Source: an uncultured Pelagibacteraceae bacterium
GTDB taxonomy: Bacteria; Pseudomonadota; Alphaproteobacteria; Pelagibacterales; AG-422-B15
Assembly (NCBI GenBank): GCA_902612095.1
Contig: CACMBZ010000001.1
Coordinates: 41,311-105,310, forward strand
Length of the DNA: 64,000 nt
Direction of reading: 5' to 3'
Below are positions 1 to 9,261 of the stretch, in pieces; position 1 is the stretch's first letter, and each line of letters begins with the position of its first letter. A program made the translations under genes and the position numbers. The notes beneath the pieces are model-generated. The model saw only the letters and a list, made by a program, of their open reading frames with translations, did no database searches and was not told the origin of the DNA.

Positions 1-1024
1 GAACATTGTTATAGGTTTCTAGTTCAGCCAAACGAGAAACTTTTACCGTTCCAGGTTTACAGACTTCAGAAATGTCATTTCTCAAAACGTCAACAATCAT
101 TAAATTTTCAGCATTATCCTTCTTACTTGAAGATAATTGTTCTTTTAATTTTGCATCTTCGAATTCACTCTCACCCCTTTCAATTGTACCTTTTATTGGC
201 GAAACCATAATTTTGTTATTCTCTAATTTTAGAAATCTTTCAGGTGAATAAGAAAATATATTAAAATCCTCACTTCTAATTAAGCATGAAAAAGGTGTCT
301 CTGTATTTTTTCGATAATGCAAATAGTACCGAACGACATCATAGTCCTTTGGAATCTTAGATAAAAAACGTTGAGTGAAGTTAGCTTGGAATATGTCACC
401 ATTTTTTATGTAATTTAGTATTTTATTAATTTTTGAAATATATTTTCTTTTATCAAAATCTTTTTTCCACTTAAAACCGAGTAGTTTGTTAATTGGATTA
501 TTTATCCGCGGCACCGAGTACAAGTTTTTTGCATTTTGTAATCGAATTTGATGTGATAACTCAATTTTAAATTCTTTATCTAAATTAATTGAAAAAAGAT
601 AAGCTCTTTTCAATTTGTTATCGAAAGCAATCACTATATCGAAGAGACCAAAAAATAAATTTGGCAATATTTTTTCTAATGGATTTGCACTTTCAATCTT
701 TTCCTTTGCAAGGCCTGCTTCATAAGAAACATAGCCTGCTAAACCACACTGAAACTTTGGTAATGATTTAATTTTTTTTGATTTAAAACTTGATATTAAT
801 TTATTTATTCTTGCAAATTTTTTTGAATTTAAATAATTTTTGCTTGCATTGAACTTTATAGTGTAGATAGGATCAAATGCAATATAGGAATACCGATTAT
901 TTTCAGATATCGTTTTATTTGCACTATCTAAAAAAATTAAATTTCTTTTATCTTGAAATCTTATTAATACTTCTTCCGGATTAATGTAATCAAGTTTATT
1001 TATCTTTATCTTTTTTTTTCTCAT
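1..1024 (-). CDS. pabB: aminodeoxychorismate (PABA) synthase component I, 5' part (about 341 codons); gene continues past window start
   Basis: Absent from ORF track because it is open at the window edge. Hand translation from ATG 1024-1022 gives MRKKKIKINKLDYINPEEVLIRFQDKRNLIFLDS...SPERFLKLENNKIMVSPIKGTIERGESEFEDAKLKEQLSSSKKDNAENLMIVDVLRNDISEVC, the chorismate-binding-enzyme core. The PIKGT lysine favours PabB over TrpE. Confidence 0.75.
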   Translation of the reverse strand, partial: MRKKKIKINKLDYINPEEVLIRFQDKRNLIFLDSANKTISENNRYSYIAFDPIYTIKFNASKNYLNSKKFARINKLISSFKSKKIKSLPKFQCGLAGYVSYEAGLAKEKIESANPLEKILPNLFFGLFDIVIAFDNKLKRAYLFSINLDKEFKIELSHQIRLQNAKNLYSVPRINNPINKLLGFKWKKDFDKRKYISKINKILNYIKNGDIFQANFTQRFLSKIPKDYDVVRYYLHYRKNTETPFSCLIRSEDFNIFSYSPERFLKLENNKIMVSPIKGTIERGESEFEDAKLKEQLSSSKKDNAENLMIVDVLRNDISEVCKPGTVKVSRLAELETYNNV

Positions 1025-1033
1025 ATAAAATAC

Positions 1034-1118
1034 TGGTAGGGATATCCGGAGTCGAACCGGAACGCCCGAAGGCACCAGATTTTGAGTCTGGCGCGTCTAC
1101 CAATTCCGCCATATCCCC
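1034..1118 (-). tRNA. tRNA-Leu (anticodon CAA), 85 nt, class II with long variable arm, CCA encoded
   Basis: Reverse complement folds as GGGGATA / TG / GCG-GAATTGGTAGA-CGC / G / CCAGA-CTCAAAA-TCTGG (anticodon CAA) / 13-nt variable arm TGCCTTCGGGCGT / TCCGG-TTCGACT-CCGGA / TATCCCT / A / CCA. The acceptor stem is 7 bp with G1:U72. Confidence 0.9.
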
Positions 1119-1174
1119 ATTCTTAAAGACTTATTATACTTTACTTATATTCGTCATAAAGGCTTAGTAGAATT

Positions 1175-1804
1175 ATGTATGCAAATATATATATTAGCAA
1201 TGGTATGTTAATCTCAATTTATCATAACTTAAAAGCGTATTTTGTCTCACTTGGTGAGCGTTTTATAAAAACTAAGTTCGCTTATCCGTTTATCTTTTTG
1301 ATGGGATTAATTGAAGCAATTATTTTTCCATTCCCTCAAGAAATATTCATGGTTCCAATGATGGCATTAGACAAAAAGAAAATATTTAAAATTGCTGGAC
1401 TCTCAGTTCTTGGCTCAATCACTGGAGCGATAATTGCATATTTTATTGGTGTATACTTCTTCAATAGTGTGGGAAATTTTATTCTTCAGAATTTAAATTT
1501 GGTTGAGTCATTTAACTCATTTGTTAATGACATAGATAATTATGGTTTCCTTTACGTTTTCATAGGTGGTTTTACTCCTATTCCTTTTAAAATTGTTACA
1601 CTGACAAGTGGTTTTTTAGGTATTAATTTTTTTATTTTCTTAGTTGCAAGTGTGGTCTCAAGATCAGTGAGATTTTTTCTTATAGGCTATTTAATCTATC
1701 GATTTGGAAGCATTGCACTTGAATCATTTGAAAAAAGAATAAATTTATATTCATTTATTCTTATAACTTTAGTGATTTTAGGCATTTTATATATTACATA
1801 CTAG
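1175..1804 (+). CDS. DedA/YqaA-family (SNARE-associated) inner-membrane protein
   Basis: 209-aa multi-TM ORF. The GLIEAIIFPFPQEIFMVPM block is typical of YqaA-type DedA proteins. The true start may be an internal Met. Confidence 0.6.
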   Translation: MYANIYISNGMLISIYHNLKAYFVSLGERFIKTKFAYPFIFLMGLIEAIIFPFPQEIFMVPMMALDKKKIFKIAGLSVLGSITGAIIAYFIGVYFFNSVGNFILQNLNLVESFNSFVNDIDNYGFLYVFIGGFTPIPFKIVTLTSGFLGINFFIFLVASVVSRSVRFFLIGYLIYRFGSIALESFEKRINLYSFILITLVILGILYITY

Positions 1805-1808
1805 AATT

Positions 1809-2288
1809 ATGAGTCTTATTAACATCAACTTTATTATCTCAGCATTAGTAATAATTGCAGTATTCGTACTGCAATACGTATTTAATATGGCTCCTTGTGA
1901 CATGTGTCTCGTTGAAAGGTATCCTTACTATTTATTAATTATAATAGGTCTGGCATCAATTATTTTTAAATTTGAAAAAAGAGCAACAATTAAAAGGATC
2001 GCAAACTATGCTTCAATTCTGATTTTACTATTTGGATTTTTGTATACCTTAAGACATGTATTGGTCGAAAGAGGCTTGGTTAATTTAAATTCAGGATGTA
2101 CCTCTAATTTGTCTGATTTATCTGACAAGTCTAAACTTTTAGAAAGTCTTAATCAAACTCCATTGATTAGATGTGACGAACCTACTTATTTATTTAATTT
2201 TATTTCGGTAGCTGAGGCAAACTTGATTATGACATTTTTACTATTATCTATAACTTTGTATTTTGTATTTTTGAAAAATGAACGTTAA
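1809..2288 (+). CDS. dsbB: DsbB-family disulfide bond formation protein
   Basis: 159 aa, about 4 TM helices. PCDMCLVERYPYY resembles the DsbB PCxLCxxER first-loop CxxC. A second Cys pair (GCTSN...IRCDE) lies in a later loop. Confidence 0.65.
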   Translation: MSLININFIISALVIIAVFVLQYVFNMAPCDMCLVERYPYYLLIIIGLASIIFKFEKRATIKRIANYASILILLFGFLYTLRHVLVERGLVNLNSGCTSNLSDLSDKSKLLESLNQTPLIRCDEPTYLFNFISVAEANLIMTFLLLSITLYFVFLKNER

Positions 2289-2805
2289 AGAAAAAATTTT
2301 AAAAAAGATTATTAGAGTTGATCAGGCAGGTGAGCTTGGTGCTCAGCAAATATATCAGGGCCAGAAAATGATATTCAAACTTCAAAAAAATAAGAAAGAT
2401 TTTGACCAAATATCGAAAATGGCTAAAGATGAAGAGGAACATTTAGATTTTTTTGACAATATCGCCAAAGAAAAAAAGATCAGACCCACAAAACTGAAAG
2501 GCCTATTTGGTATTGGTGCTTACGCAATGGGTGTAGGTACTGCCCTCATGGGCCCCAAAGCAGCCTATGTGTGCACTGAGGCAGTTGAAGAAATTATTGA
2601 AAAACATTATCAAAAACAAATTGATCAACTAGAGGGAGTGGACGAAGAATTAAGAAAAAAATTAGTAAAATTTCGCGATGATGAAGTTGAACATAAAAAT
2701 ACCGCTATTGATGAAGGGTCGCGAGAAGCCTTTGGTTATTCTGTTTTAAGAAAAACAATCAATGAAACAACAAAAGCTGCTATTTTTTTGGCTGAGAGAA
2801 TTTAA
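2278..2805 (+). CDS. coq7: demethoxyubiquinone hydroxylase (Coq7 family di-iron)
   Basis: 175 aa. Contains VDQAGELGAQQIYQGQ and the repeated E...EExH carboxylate motifs (EEEHLDFF, DDEVEHKN). Overlaps dsbB by 11 nt. Confidence 0.8.
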   Translation: MNVKEKILKKIIRVDQAGELGAQQIYQGQKMIFKLQKNKKDFDQISKMAKDEEEHLDFFDNIAKEKKIRPTKLKGLFGIGAYAMGVGTALMGPKAAYVCTEAVEEIIEKHYQKQIDQLEGVDEELRKKLVKFRDDEVEHKNTAIDEGSREAFGYSVLRKTINETTKAAIFLAERI

Positions 2806-3363
2806 TTATCTTTCTAGTTGAATATCCCAATATAAGAAATCCATCCAGCTTTCATGCAAAAAGTTAGGAGGAAAAGATCGGCCACATTTATCTAAATCAG
2901 CCATTGTAGGTACTTTTGGAATATTGAGAGGCTTCATACCCGAGTTTTTCAAAAGTTTTCCTCCCTTTTTTACGTTACAACTTGAACATGCTGTTACAAT
3001 ATTTTCCCAAGTTGTTTCACCGCCGTGTGATCTAGGTATAAGATGATCAAATGTTAAATCTTTCTTTGAACCACAATATTGACAACTAAACTTATCACGC
3101 AAAAAAACGTTAAATCTTGAGAATATTGGATTTCTATTTGGCTTGATGTACGTTTTTAGACTAATAACGCTTGGTAAGTACATTTGAAAACTTGGACTTC
3201 TAATTTCTCTTTCATAATTGGATACAATATTTACTCTTCCAAGAACAACGGCTTTTACACTGTCTTGCCAGCACCACAAAGACAGAGGATAATGACTAAG
3301 AGGCCTGAAATCCGAATTTAGTACCAAAGCTGGACATTTTTCTAGAGGAACTGCGATACTCAT
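2806..3363 (-). CDS. HNH endonuclease-domain protein
   Basis: CQYCG...LTFDHLIPRSHGGETTWENIVTACSSCNVKKG is a complete HNH/zinc-finger motif, with an N-terminal domain of about 90 aa. Confidence 0.75.
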   Translation of the reverse strand: MSIAVPLEKCPALVLNSDFRPLSHYPLSLWCWQDSVKAVVLGRVNIVSNYEREIRSPSFQMYLPSVISLKTYIKPNRNPIFSRFNVFLRDKFSCQYCGSKKDLTFDHLIPRSHGGETTWENIVTACSSCNVKKGGKLLKNSGMKPLNIPKVPTMADLDKCGRSFPPNFLHESWMDFLYWDIQLER

Positions 3364-3407
3364 TAGTAATTAATATATGCAATTGTATAAAAATTTCAAA
3401 AAATTTT

Positions 3408-4061
3408 TTAATTTGAAAATTTTTCTACTAAGAATTTAATTGCTATGTCTAAGCCGTCTTGAGCAATCGAATGCTGAGTGTTCGGGGAAATATGAGCTTT
3501 AACATCTAAACTTAATTCTGATAACTTTTTTTCAGCTTCAATAGTTTCTTGATAAGGAACCATAGGGTCCATATCTCCATGAATTAGGTAAATTGGAGGT
3601 TTAGACTTTAATTCATTTTTAAGAAGTTCTGGAGCAATTAACCTTCCTGAAAAGCCAACAATTGCTCTCATTGAATTTTCTCTTCTAAGGCCGACATGTA
3701 AACTCATCATTGTGCCTTGACTGAAACCTACGAGCGCCAAATTATCATCACTTAACTCATAATTCTTAAGTTGTTCATCAATAAAACCATTAAGTGTATC
3801 AGCTGCATTTAATACACCTTTCCAAATAGTTGCAGGGTCACCCGATTGAAAATCAAACCATTGATATCCCATTGGGTTTAATCCACATTTTTCTGGTGCG
3901 TTAGGTGATAAAAAAACCGCATCGGGCATTTGAGGCTGAATATAATTAGCAAGGCCAATCAGATCGTTGCCATCTGCGCCGTATCCGTGACAAAATATTA
4001 CTAGTTTTGAAGGTTTTGAAGAGTCTTGGGGTTCTAAAACTGGTCCACTTAAGATTGGCAT
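3408..4061 (-). CDS. alpha/beta hydrolase, phospholipase/carboxylesterase (acyl-protein-thioesterase-like) family
   Basis: 217 aa with GFSQG nucleophile elbow, HG oxyanion region (FCHGYGADG) and C-terminal D...H. Its start overlaps the ecm stop (TAATG). Confidence 0.7.
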   Translation of the reverse strand: MPILSGPVLEPQDSSKPSKLVIFCHGYGADGNDLIGLANYIQPQMPDAVFLSPNAPEKCGLNPMGYQWFDFQSGDPATIWKGVLNAADTLNGFIDEQLKNYELSDDNLALVGFSQGTMMSLHVGLRRENSMRAIVGFSGRLIAPELLKNELKSKPPIYLIHGDMDPMVPYQETIEAEKKLSELSLDVKAHISPNTQHSIAQDGLDIAIKFLVEKFSN

Positions 4062-6016
4062 TAAGATACTTTTCTCTCAACTATGCTCACAATGTCACTC
4101 ATTATATCTTTCAGCTGATAATCCTTTGGAGTATAAACTGCTTGAACTCCATTTTTAATTAAGATCTTTTCATCTTCTGTTGGAATTATACCTCCTACAA
4201 TTACCGGGATATCGTCTACTTTATTTTTTTTCATTTCATTCATAATTTCCTCGACAAGCTGCACATGAGAACCGGATAGAATAGAAAGTCCGATGATGTG
4301 TACATCTTCTTCAACAGATGATTTTACTATTTGTTCTGGTGTTAATCTAATTCCTTCGTACAAAACATCCATTCCACAATCACTCGCACTTACAGCAATT
4401 TGTTCTGCTCCACTAGAATGCCCGTCAAGACCAGGTTTGCCTACAAGAAATTTTATTCTTCTTCCCATCTTATCTGACAATGACTCAACTCTTTTACGTA
4501 TTGGGCTGTAATCGTCATTATTGGATGGTTGAATGTTAGTTATACCAGTCGGTGCTTTGAACTCACCAAAAACATCCCGAAGTACTTGAGACCATTCACC
4601 TGTTGTTACACCTGCTTTTGCAGCTGTAATAGAAGCTTCCATTATGTTATCTCCAGATTTTGCCGCTTCGCTTAATTGATTTAAAGCGCTATCAACCTGT
4701 TTTTGATCTCTGTTTTGTCTCCAATCAATAACTGCTTTTACTTGTTCATTTTCAATTTTTGGATCAATTGTCTCTATGCCTCCATCATTTGATACAAGAG
4801 GTGACTCTTCGGTCTCAACAAACTCATTAACTCCAACAACGATTTGCTCTTTATCATTAATTCTTTTAAGCCTTTCTTTTTGAGAATTGACCAATTCCTG
4901 TTTTAAGTAACCACTTTCAACTGCAGCTACTGCACCACCAATTGATTGAATGTGATTAAATTCTTTCATCGCAGTCTCTTTAAGATTTCTAACCTTTTCA
5001 TCAATCACTTCAGAGCCATTGAATATATCGTCAAAATGTAGGAGATCTGTTTCATACGCAACAATTTGTTGCAATCTTAAGGACCATTGTTGATCCCATG
5101 GTCTTGGCAATCCCATTGCTTCATTCCAAGCTGGTAACTGAACTGCTCTTGCTCTTGCATCCTTTGAGAGAACGACGCCTAGCATTTCAATTAATATTCT
5201 ATATACGTTGTTCTCAGGTTGTTGCTCAGTTAATCCAAGACTGTTTACTTGCATACCATACCTAAATCTTCTGTTTTTAGGATCCTTAACACTATATCTC
5301 TCTTTTGTAATTTCATTCCACAAAGATACAAATGCTCTCATTTTACACATCTCAGTAATAAATCTGATTCCAGAATTAACGAAGAAGCTTATGCGACCTA
5401 CTACATTTTCAAATTCTTCCTCGGATAACACATTTGAGGTTTTAACTTTATCGAGATACGCTACTGCAATTGAAAGACCAAAAGCTAATTCCTGCTCAGG
5501 AGTCGCGCCTACTTCAACTAAATGGTAAGGACATACATTGATTGGATTCCAATTTGGCATTTCTTTAAAAGTAAACGTAATCACGTCAGATATTATTTTT
5601 AAACTTGGATCAGGTGGAAGAATATATGTTCCTCGTGAGAGATATTCTTTTAAGACATCGTTTTGAGTTGTTCCCCGTAATTTATTTCTGTCTATGCCCT
5701 GTTCATCTGCAACGGCTACATATAAACTCAGCAACCATGCAGCTGTAGCATTAATGGTCATTGATGTATTCATTTTATCTAATGGAATTTGATTAAAAAG
5801 CGATCTCATATCGCCAATATGACAGATTGGAACGCCAACTTTGCCAACCTCCCCTTTAGCGAGAATGTGATCACTGTCATACCCAGTTTGAGTAGGTAAA
5901 TCGAACGCTACTGAGATACCTGTTTGACCCTTTGATAGGTTCTTAAGATAGAGTTCATTTGACTTTTTGGCAGACGAATGTCCTGCGTAAGTTCTTATGA
6001 GCCAAGGTTTATCCAT
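4061..6016 (-). CDS. ecm: adenosylcobalamin-dependent acyl-CoA mutase, ethylmalonyl-CoA mutase type (MeaA/Ecm)
   Basis: 651-aa single chain with mutase barrel plus C-terminal B12 domain (GKPGLDGHSSGAEQIA = DxHxxG). The N-terminus PWLIRTYAGHSSAKKSN...GQTGISVAFDLPTQTGYDSD carries RTYAGHS, which I recall as MeaA-like rather than the RQYAGFS of methylmalonyl-CoA mutase. Divergent from ccr. Confidence 0.8.
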   Translation of the reverse strand: MDKPWLIRTYAGHSSAKKSNELYLKNLSKGQTGISVAFDLPTQTGYDSDHILAKGEVGKVGVPICHIGDMRSLFNQIPLDKMNTSMTINATAAWLLSLYVAVADEQGIDRNKLRGTTQNDVLKEYLSRGTYILPPDPSLKIISDVITFTFKEMPNWNPINVCPYHLVEVGATPEQELAFGLSIAVAYLDKVKTSNVLSEEEFENVVGRISFFVNSGIRFITEMCKMRAFVSLWNEITKERYSVKDPKNRRFRYGMQVNSLGLTEQQPENNVYRILIEMLGVVLSKDARARAVQLPAWNEAMGLPRPWDQQWSLRLQQIVAYETDLLHFDDIFNGSEVIDEKVRNLKETAMKEFNHIQSIGGAVAAVESGYLKQELVNSQKERLKRINDKEQIVVGVNEFVETEESPLVSNDGGIETIDPKIENEQVKAVIDWRQNRDQKQVDSALNQLSEAAKSGDNIMEASITAAKAGVTTGEWSQVLRDVFGEFKAPTGITNIQPSNNDDYSPIRKRVESLSDKMGRRIKFLVGKPGLDGHSSGAEQIAVSASDCGMDVLYEGIRLTPEQIVKSSVEEDVHIIGLSILSGSHVQLVEEIMNEMKKNKVDDIPVIVGGIIPTEDEKILIKNGVQAVYTPKDYQLKDIMSDIVSIVERKVS

Positions 6017-6149
6017 TGTTTTTCAACGTTTTTTTTTGGTTTTATTAAATCCTTTTGTTTAAAATGTATATACTAATCTAGCTAAAATGGCTATAAACCT
6101 AGAAAAAAGAAACATTAGTTTTATATATTTACACTACAGGAGCTGATTT

Positions 6150-7385
6150 ATGACCACTGAAGAAAAAGATATTTATGCAATAGGTGAAATTCCACCTCTT
6201 GGTTTTGTCCCTAAGAAAATGCACGCATGGGTAATCAGAAGAGATCGTCATGGAAACCCAATGCAATCATTTAAAGAAGAAGAATTTGATGTTCCTGAAG
6301 TTGGATCCAATGACGTTTTGATATTCGTAATGGCCGCGGGCGTAAACTACAACGGTGTTTGGGCTGGTCTTGGAAAACCTGTATCTACGCTTGATATGAC
6401 TAAAAAAGATTATCACATCGCCGGTTCTGATTGTTCTGGGATAGTTTGGAAAGTTGGTTCTGGTGTAAAAAAATGGAAAGTGGGCGACGAGGTAATCATT
6501 CATGGTATGCAGTGGGATCATGAGGATGCTGAGGTTAATGGTGGTGAACCAATGATATCAAAAACAAATAAGGTCTTTGGTTACGAAACAGCAGATGGAA
6601 CCTTTGCTCAATTCACAGCTGTTCAAGCGCACCAAGTTTTACGTAAGCCACCAAATTTATCTTGGGAAGAAAGTGGCTGTTATATGTTAACTCTTGCAAC
6701 TGCATATAGAATGCTATTTGGCCACGCTCCAAATGAATTAAAGCCAGGTGAGTTTGTTTTAATATGGGGCGCATCGGGTGGTCTTGGAAGCATGGCAGTA
6801 CAACTTGCAAAAATTGTTGGTGCTAAACCAATTGGTATTGTTTCTGATAACTCTAAAATTGATTATGTAAAAGATCTTGGAGCTGTAGGTGTTCTAAACA
6901 GAAAAGATTTTGATTGTTGGGGTGAACATCCTGATATTGATGACGCTGAAACATATGCAAACTATATGAAAGAAGTTAGAAAATTTGGAAAGGCCCTATG
7001 GGAATTTACAGGCAAGGGTAATAATGTTGACATGGTATTTGAGCATCCGGGCGAAACTACCGTTCCTGTCTCATGTTTTGTAGTAAAACCAGGAGGAATG
7101 GTTGTTATTTGTGCTGGTACCACAGGATATAATCTCACATTAGATGCTAGATATCTATGGATGCAAAGTAAAAGACTTCAGGGTTCACACTTTGGAAATT
7201 CAAAGCAAGCGAATGCAGCGAATGAACTTGTTATTGACGGTACATTAGATCCTTGTATGTCAGAGCTTTTTGCATGGAACAATATTCCTGATGCTCATGA
7301 AAAGATGCTTAACAATGAACATAAAGGTGGAAATATGGCTGTCCTTGTTGGCGCTGCAAAAGAAGGACAAAAATCTCTAAACTAG
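6150..7385 (+). CDS. ccr: crotonyl-CoA carboxylase/reductase
   Basis: 411-aa MDR-superfamily enoyl reductase with the long Ccr-type N-terminus (IGEIPPLGFVPKKMHAWVIRRDRHGNP) and GASGGLG NADPH site. Flanked by ecm and an Mcd-type dehydrogenase. Confidence 0.8.
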   Translation: MTTEEKDIYAIGEIPPLGFVPKKMHAWVIRRDRHGNPMQSFKEEEFDVPEVGSNDVLIFVMAAGVNYNGVWAGLGKPVSTLDMTKKDYHIAGSDCSGIVWKVGSGVKKWKVGDEVIIHGMQWDHEDAEVNGGEPMISKTNKVFGYETADGTFAQFTAVQAHQVLRKPPNLSWEESGCYMLTLATAYRMLFGHAPNELKPGEFVLIWGASGGLGSMAVQLAKIVGAKPIGIVSDNSKIDYVKDLGAVGVLNRKDFDCWGEHPDIDDAETYANYMKEVRKFGKALWEFTGKGNNVDMVFEHPGETTVPVSCFVVKPGGMVVICAGTTGYNLTLDARYLWMQSKRLQGSHFGNSKQANAANELVIDGTLDPCMSELFAWNNIPDAHEKMLNNEHKGGNMAVLVGAAKEGQKSLN

Positions 7386-7395
7386 AAAGTTAAAT

Positions 7396-9051
7396 ATGCA
7401 CGAACTAATTTCTAAATGTCAAAAATCCCTTATTACTGTCGATAAGTATTACGATGCTGCCCTGCAACATGTAAGAGGTGAGTTAATTGTTAATGGAAAA
7501 TTATCTCGTGATAATCTAGATAGGGAACAACATGCTGCACATGGCTTATCTTGGGTTGCTGCATATAGAGCTACTTTGAAAGAAATGGTTAATTGGGCCT
7601 CAAACCTAGACTCGACCGGGACGTTTAATGAAACAGAGCAATTAATTTTGCAAATTACTTTTTCGGAATACTGTGCGCAAATTAAATCTGGGATACCAAT
7701 GTCACAACTTGAGTATGTTCGTCCTCAAGATTTAGGATTAAAAAATGGTCTCTTTCAAGAAACAGGGACCGAAGAATTTAATGATCTGATTTTAAATGGC
7801 AATAGTACTGCAGATCGCATGAAACTTGCTCAATTATTAAAAGATGGATTTTCAAGTAAAAACTTTGGTAATAGCGGCCTAGATGAAACTACATCAATAA
7901 TTCAAGAACAATTTAGAAAATTTGTTGAAGATGATGTGACGCCAAACGCTCATGAATGGCATCTTAAAGATAACCTTATTCCGATGTCTGTAATTGAAAA
8001 AATGTCTGAACTTGGTGTATTTGGTCTGACGATACCTGAAGAATACGGTGGACTTGGAATGACAAGATTTGTTGACTGTGTGGTAACTGAGGAACTTGCA
8101 AGGGGTTATATTGGCATTGGCTCACTTGGTACACGCGGCGATATAGCTGCCGAATTATTGATTACAGGTGGCACCGAAGAACAGAAAAATAAATATTTAC
8201 CGAAAATTGCATCTGGTGAAATGCTTCCATGTGCTGTTTTAACCGAACCTCATTCAGGATCTGATATGGGCTCATTCAAAACAAGGGCAGTTGCAAATGG
8301 AGAGCACTATACAATCACAGGAAACAAGACATGGGTTACACATGGAGCTCGAAGTGACGTGATGATGTTATTAGCACGCACAAACCCTGATGAAAAAGGC
8401 TACAAAGGTTTATCAATGTTCCTTGCTGAAAAACAGAGGGGTGATGACGATAATATGTTCCCTGATGAGGGAATTAGTGGTGGCGAAATCGAGGTTTTAG
8501 GCTACAGAGGCATGAAAGAGTACGAAATGGCTTTTGACGGCTTTAAAGTTAAAAAAGAAAATTTACTTGGTGAAAAAGAAGGAAATGGCTTCAAACAAAT
8601 GATGGAAACTTTTGAAGCAGCTCGTATACAAACTGCAGCTAGAGCACTGGGTGTAGCACAATCAGCTTTTGAAACTGCAATGCAATACGCAATAGATAGG
8701 CTAGATACAAATGGCGGTTCGCTGTATGACAAACCTAGAAATGCATCGAAAATTGTTTCTATGGCTACTGAGATTATGGCTGCAAGACAATTAACTTATT
8801 ATGCTGCAAGAGAAAAAGATAAAGGACACAGATGTGATTTGGAAGCAGGAATGGCAAAAATGTTGGCTGCTAGAGTTGCTTGGGCATGCGCAGATAACGG
8901 AGTCCAAATTCATGGAGGTAATGGGTTTGCGCTTGAGTATCCAATAAGTAGAATTTTATGTGACTCCAGAATTTTAAATATATTTGAAGGAACTGCAGAG
9001 ATACAGGCCGACATTGTAACACGTCGACTTGTTTCTACGAACCCTGCTTAA
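7396..9051 (+). CDS. mcd: acyl-CoA dehydrogenase with about 170-aa N-terminal extension, (2S)-methylsuccinyl-CoA dehydrogenase type
   Basis: 551 aa against about 380-400 for ordinary ACADs. The ACAD core runs from about residue 170 (HEWHLKD...GLTIPEEYGG...IFEGTAEIQ). Lies 10 nt downstream of ccr. Confidence 0.7.
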   Translation: MHELISKCQKSLITVDKYYDAALQHVRGELIVNGKLSRDNLDREQHAAHGLSWVAAYRATLKEMVNWASNLDSTGTFNETEQLILQITFSEYCAQIKSGIPMSQLEYVRPQDLGLKNGLFQETGTEEFNDLILNGNSTADRMKLAQLLKDGFSSKNFGNSGLDETTSIIQEQFRKFVEDDVTPNAHEWHLKDNLIPMSVIEKMSELGVFGLTIPEEYGGLGMTRFVDCVVTEELARGYIGIGSLGTRGDIAAELLITGGTEEQKNKYLPKIASGEMLPCAVLTEPHSGSDMGSFKTRAVANGEHYTITGNKTWVTHGARSDVMMLLARTNPDEKGYKGLSMFLAEKQRGDDDNMFPDEGISGGEIEVLGYRGMKEYEMAFDGFKVKKENLLGEKEGNGFKQMMETFEAARIQTAARALGVAQSAFETAMQYAIDRLDTNGGSLYDKPRNASKIVSMATEIMAARQLTYYAAREKDKGHRCDLEAGMAKMLAARVAWACADNGVQIHGGNGFALEYPISRILCDSRILNIFEGTAEIQADIVTRRLVSTNPA

Positions 9052-9057
9052 TTTTAT

Positions 9058-9261
9058 ATGCCAGGTTTTTTATATTACTTATTAATTCCTATATCACTTC
9101 TTGCTGTTTTAGCGGTTTTAGGAACAGGTATTTACGCTATGTTTAAAGGTGGAGATTTTAATAAAAAGTACTCAAATAAACTTATGAGACTTAGAATTAC
9201 TCTGCAGTTTATTGCGATTGTAATAATTATGAGTGCTCTTTACTTTTCAACTAGTTCTTAA
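9058..9261 (+). CDS. HIG1-domain twin-transmembrane-helix small protein
   Basis: 67 aa with two TM helices separated by MFKGGDFNKKYSNKLMRLRI, as in the hypoxia-induced-protein N-terminal domain family. Confidence 0.7.
   Translation: MPGFLYYLLIPISLLAVLAVLGTGIYAMFKGGDFNKKYSNKLMRLRITLQFIAIVIIMSALYFSTSS

Noticed and set aside
589-771. A 60-aa plus-strand ORF from the track at the left end of the window. Similar cases are 40033-40362 (109 aa across the atpH-priA spacer and the priA 3' end) and 55821-56081 (opposite smr).
   Set aside because: They lie antisense to well-supported genes (pabB, priA, smr) and have no recognisable motifs or translation signals.
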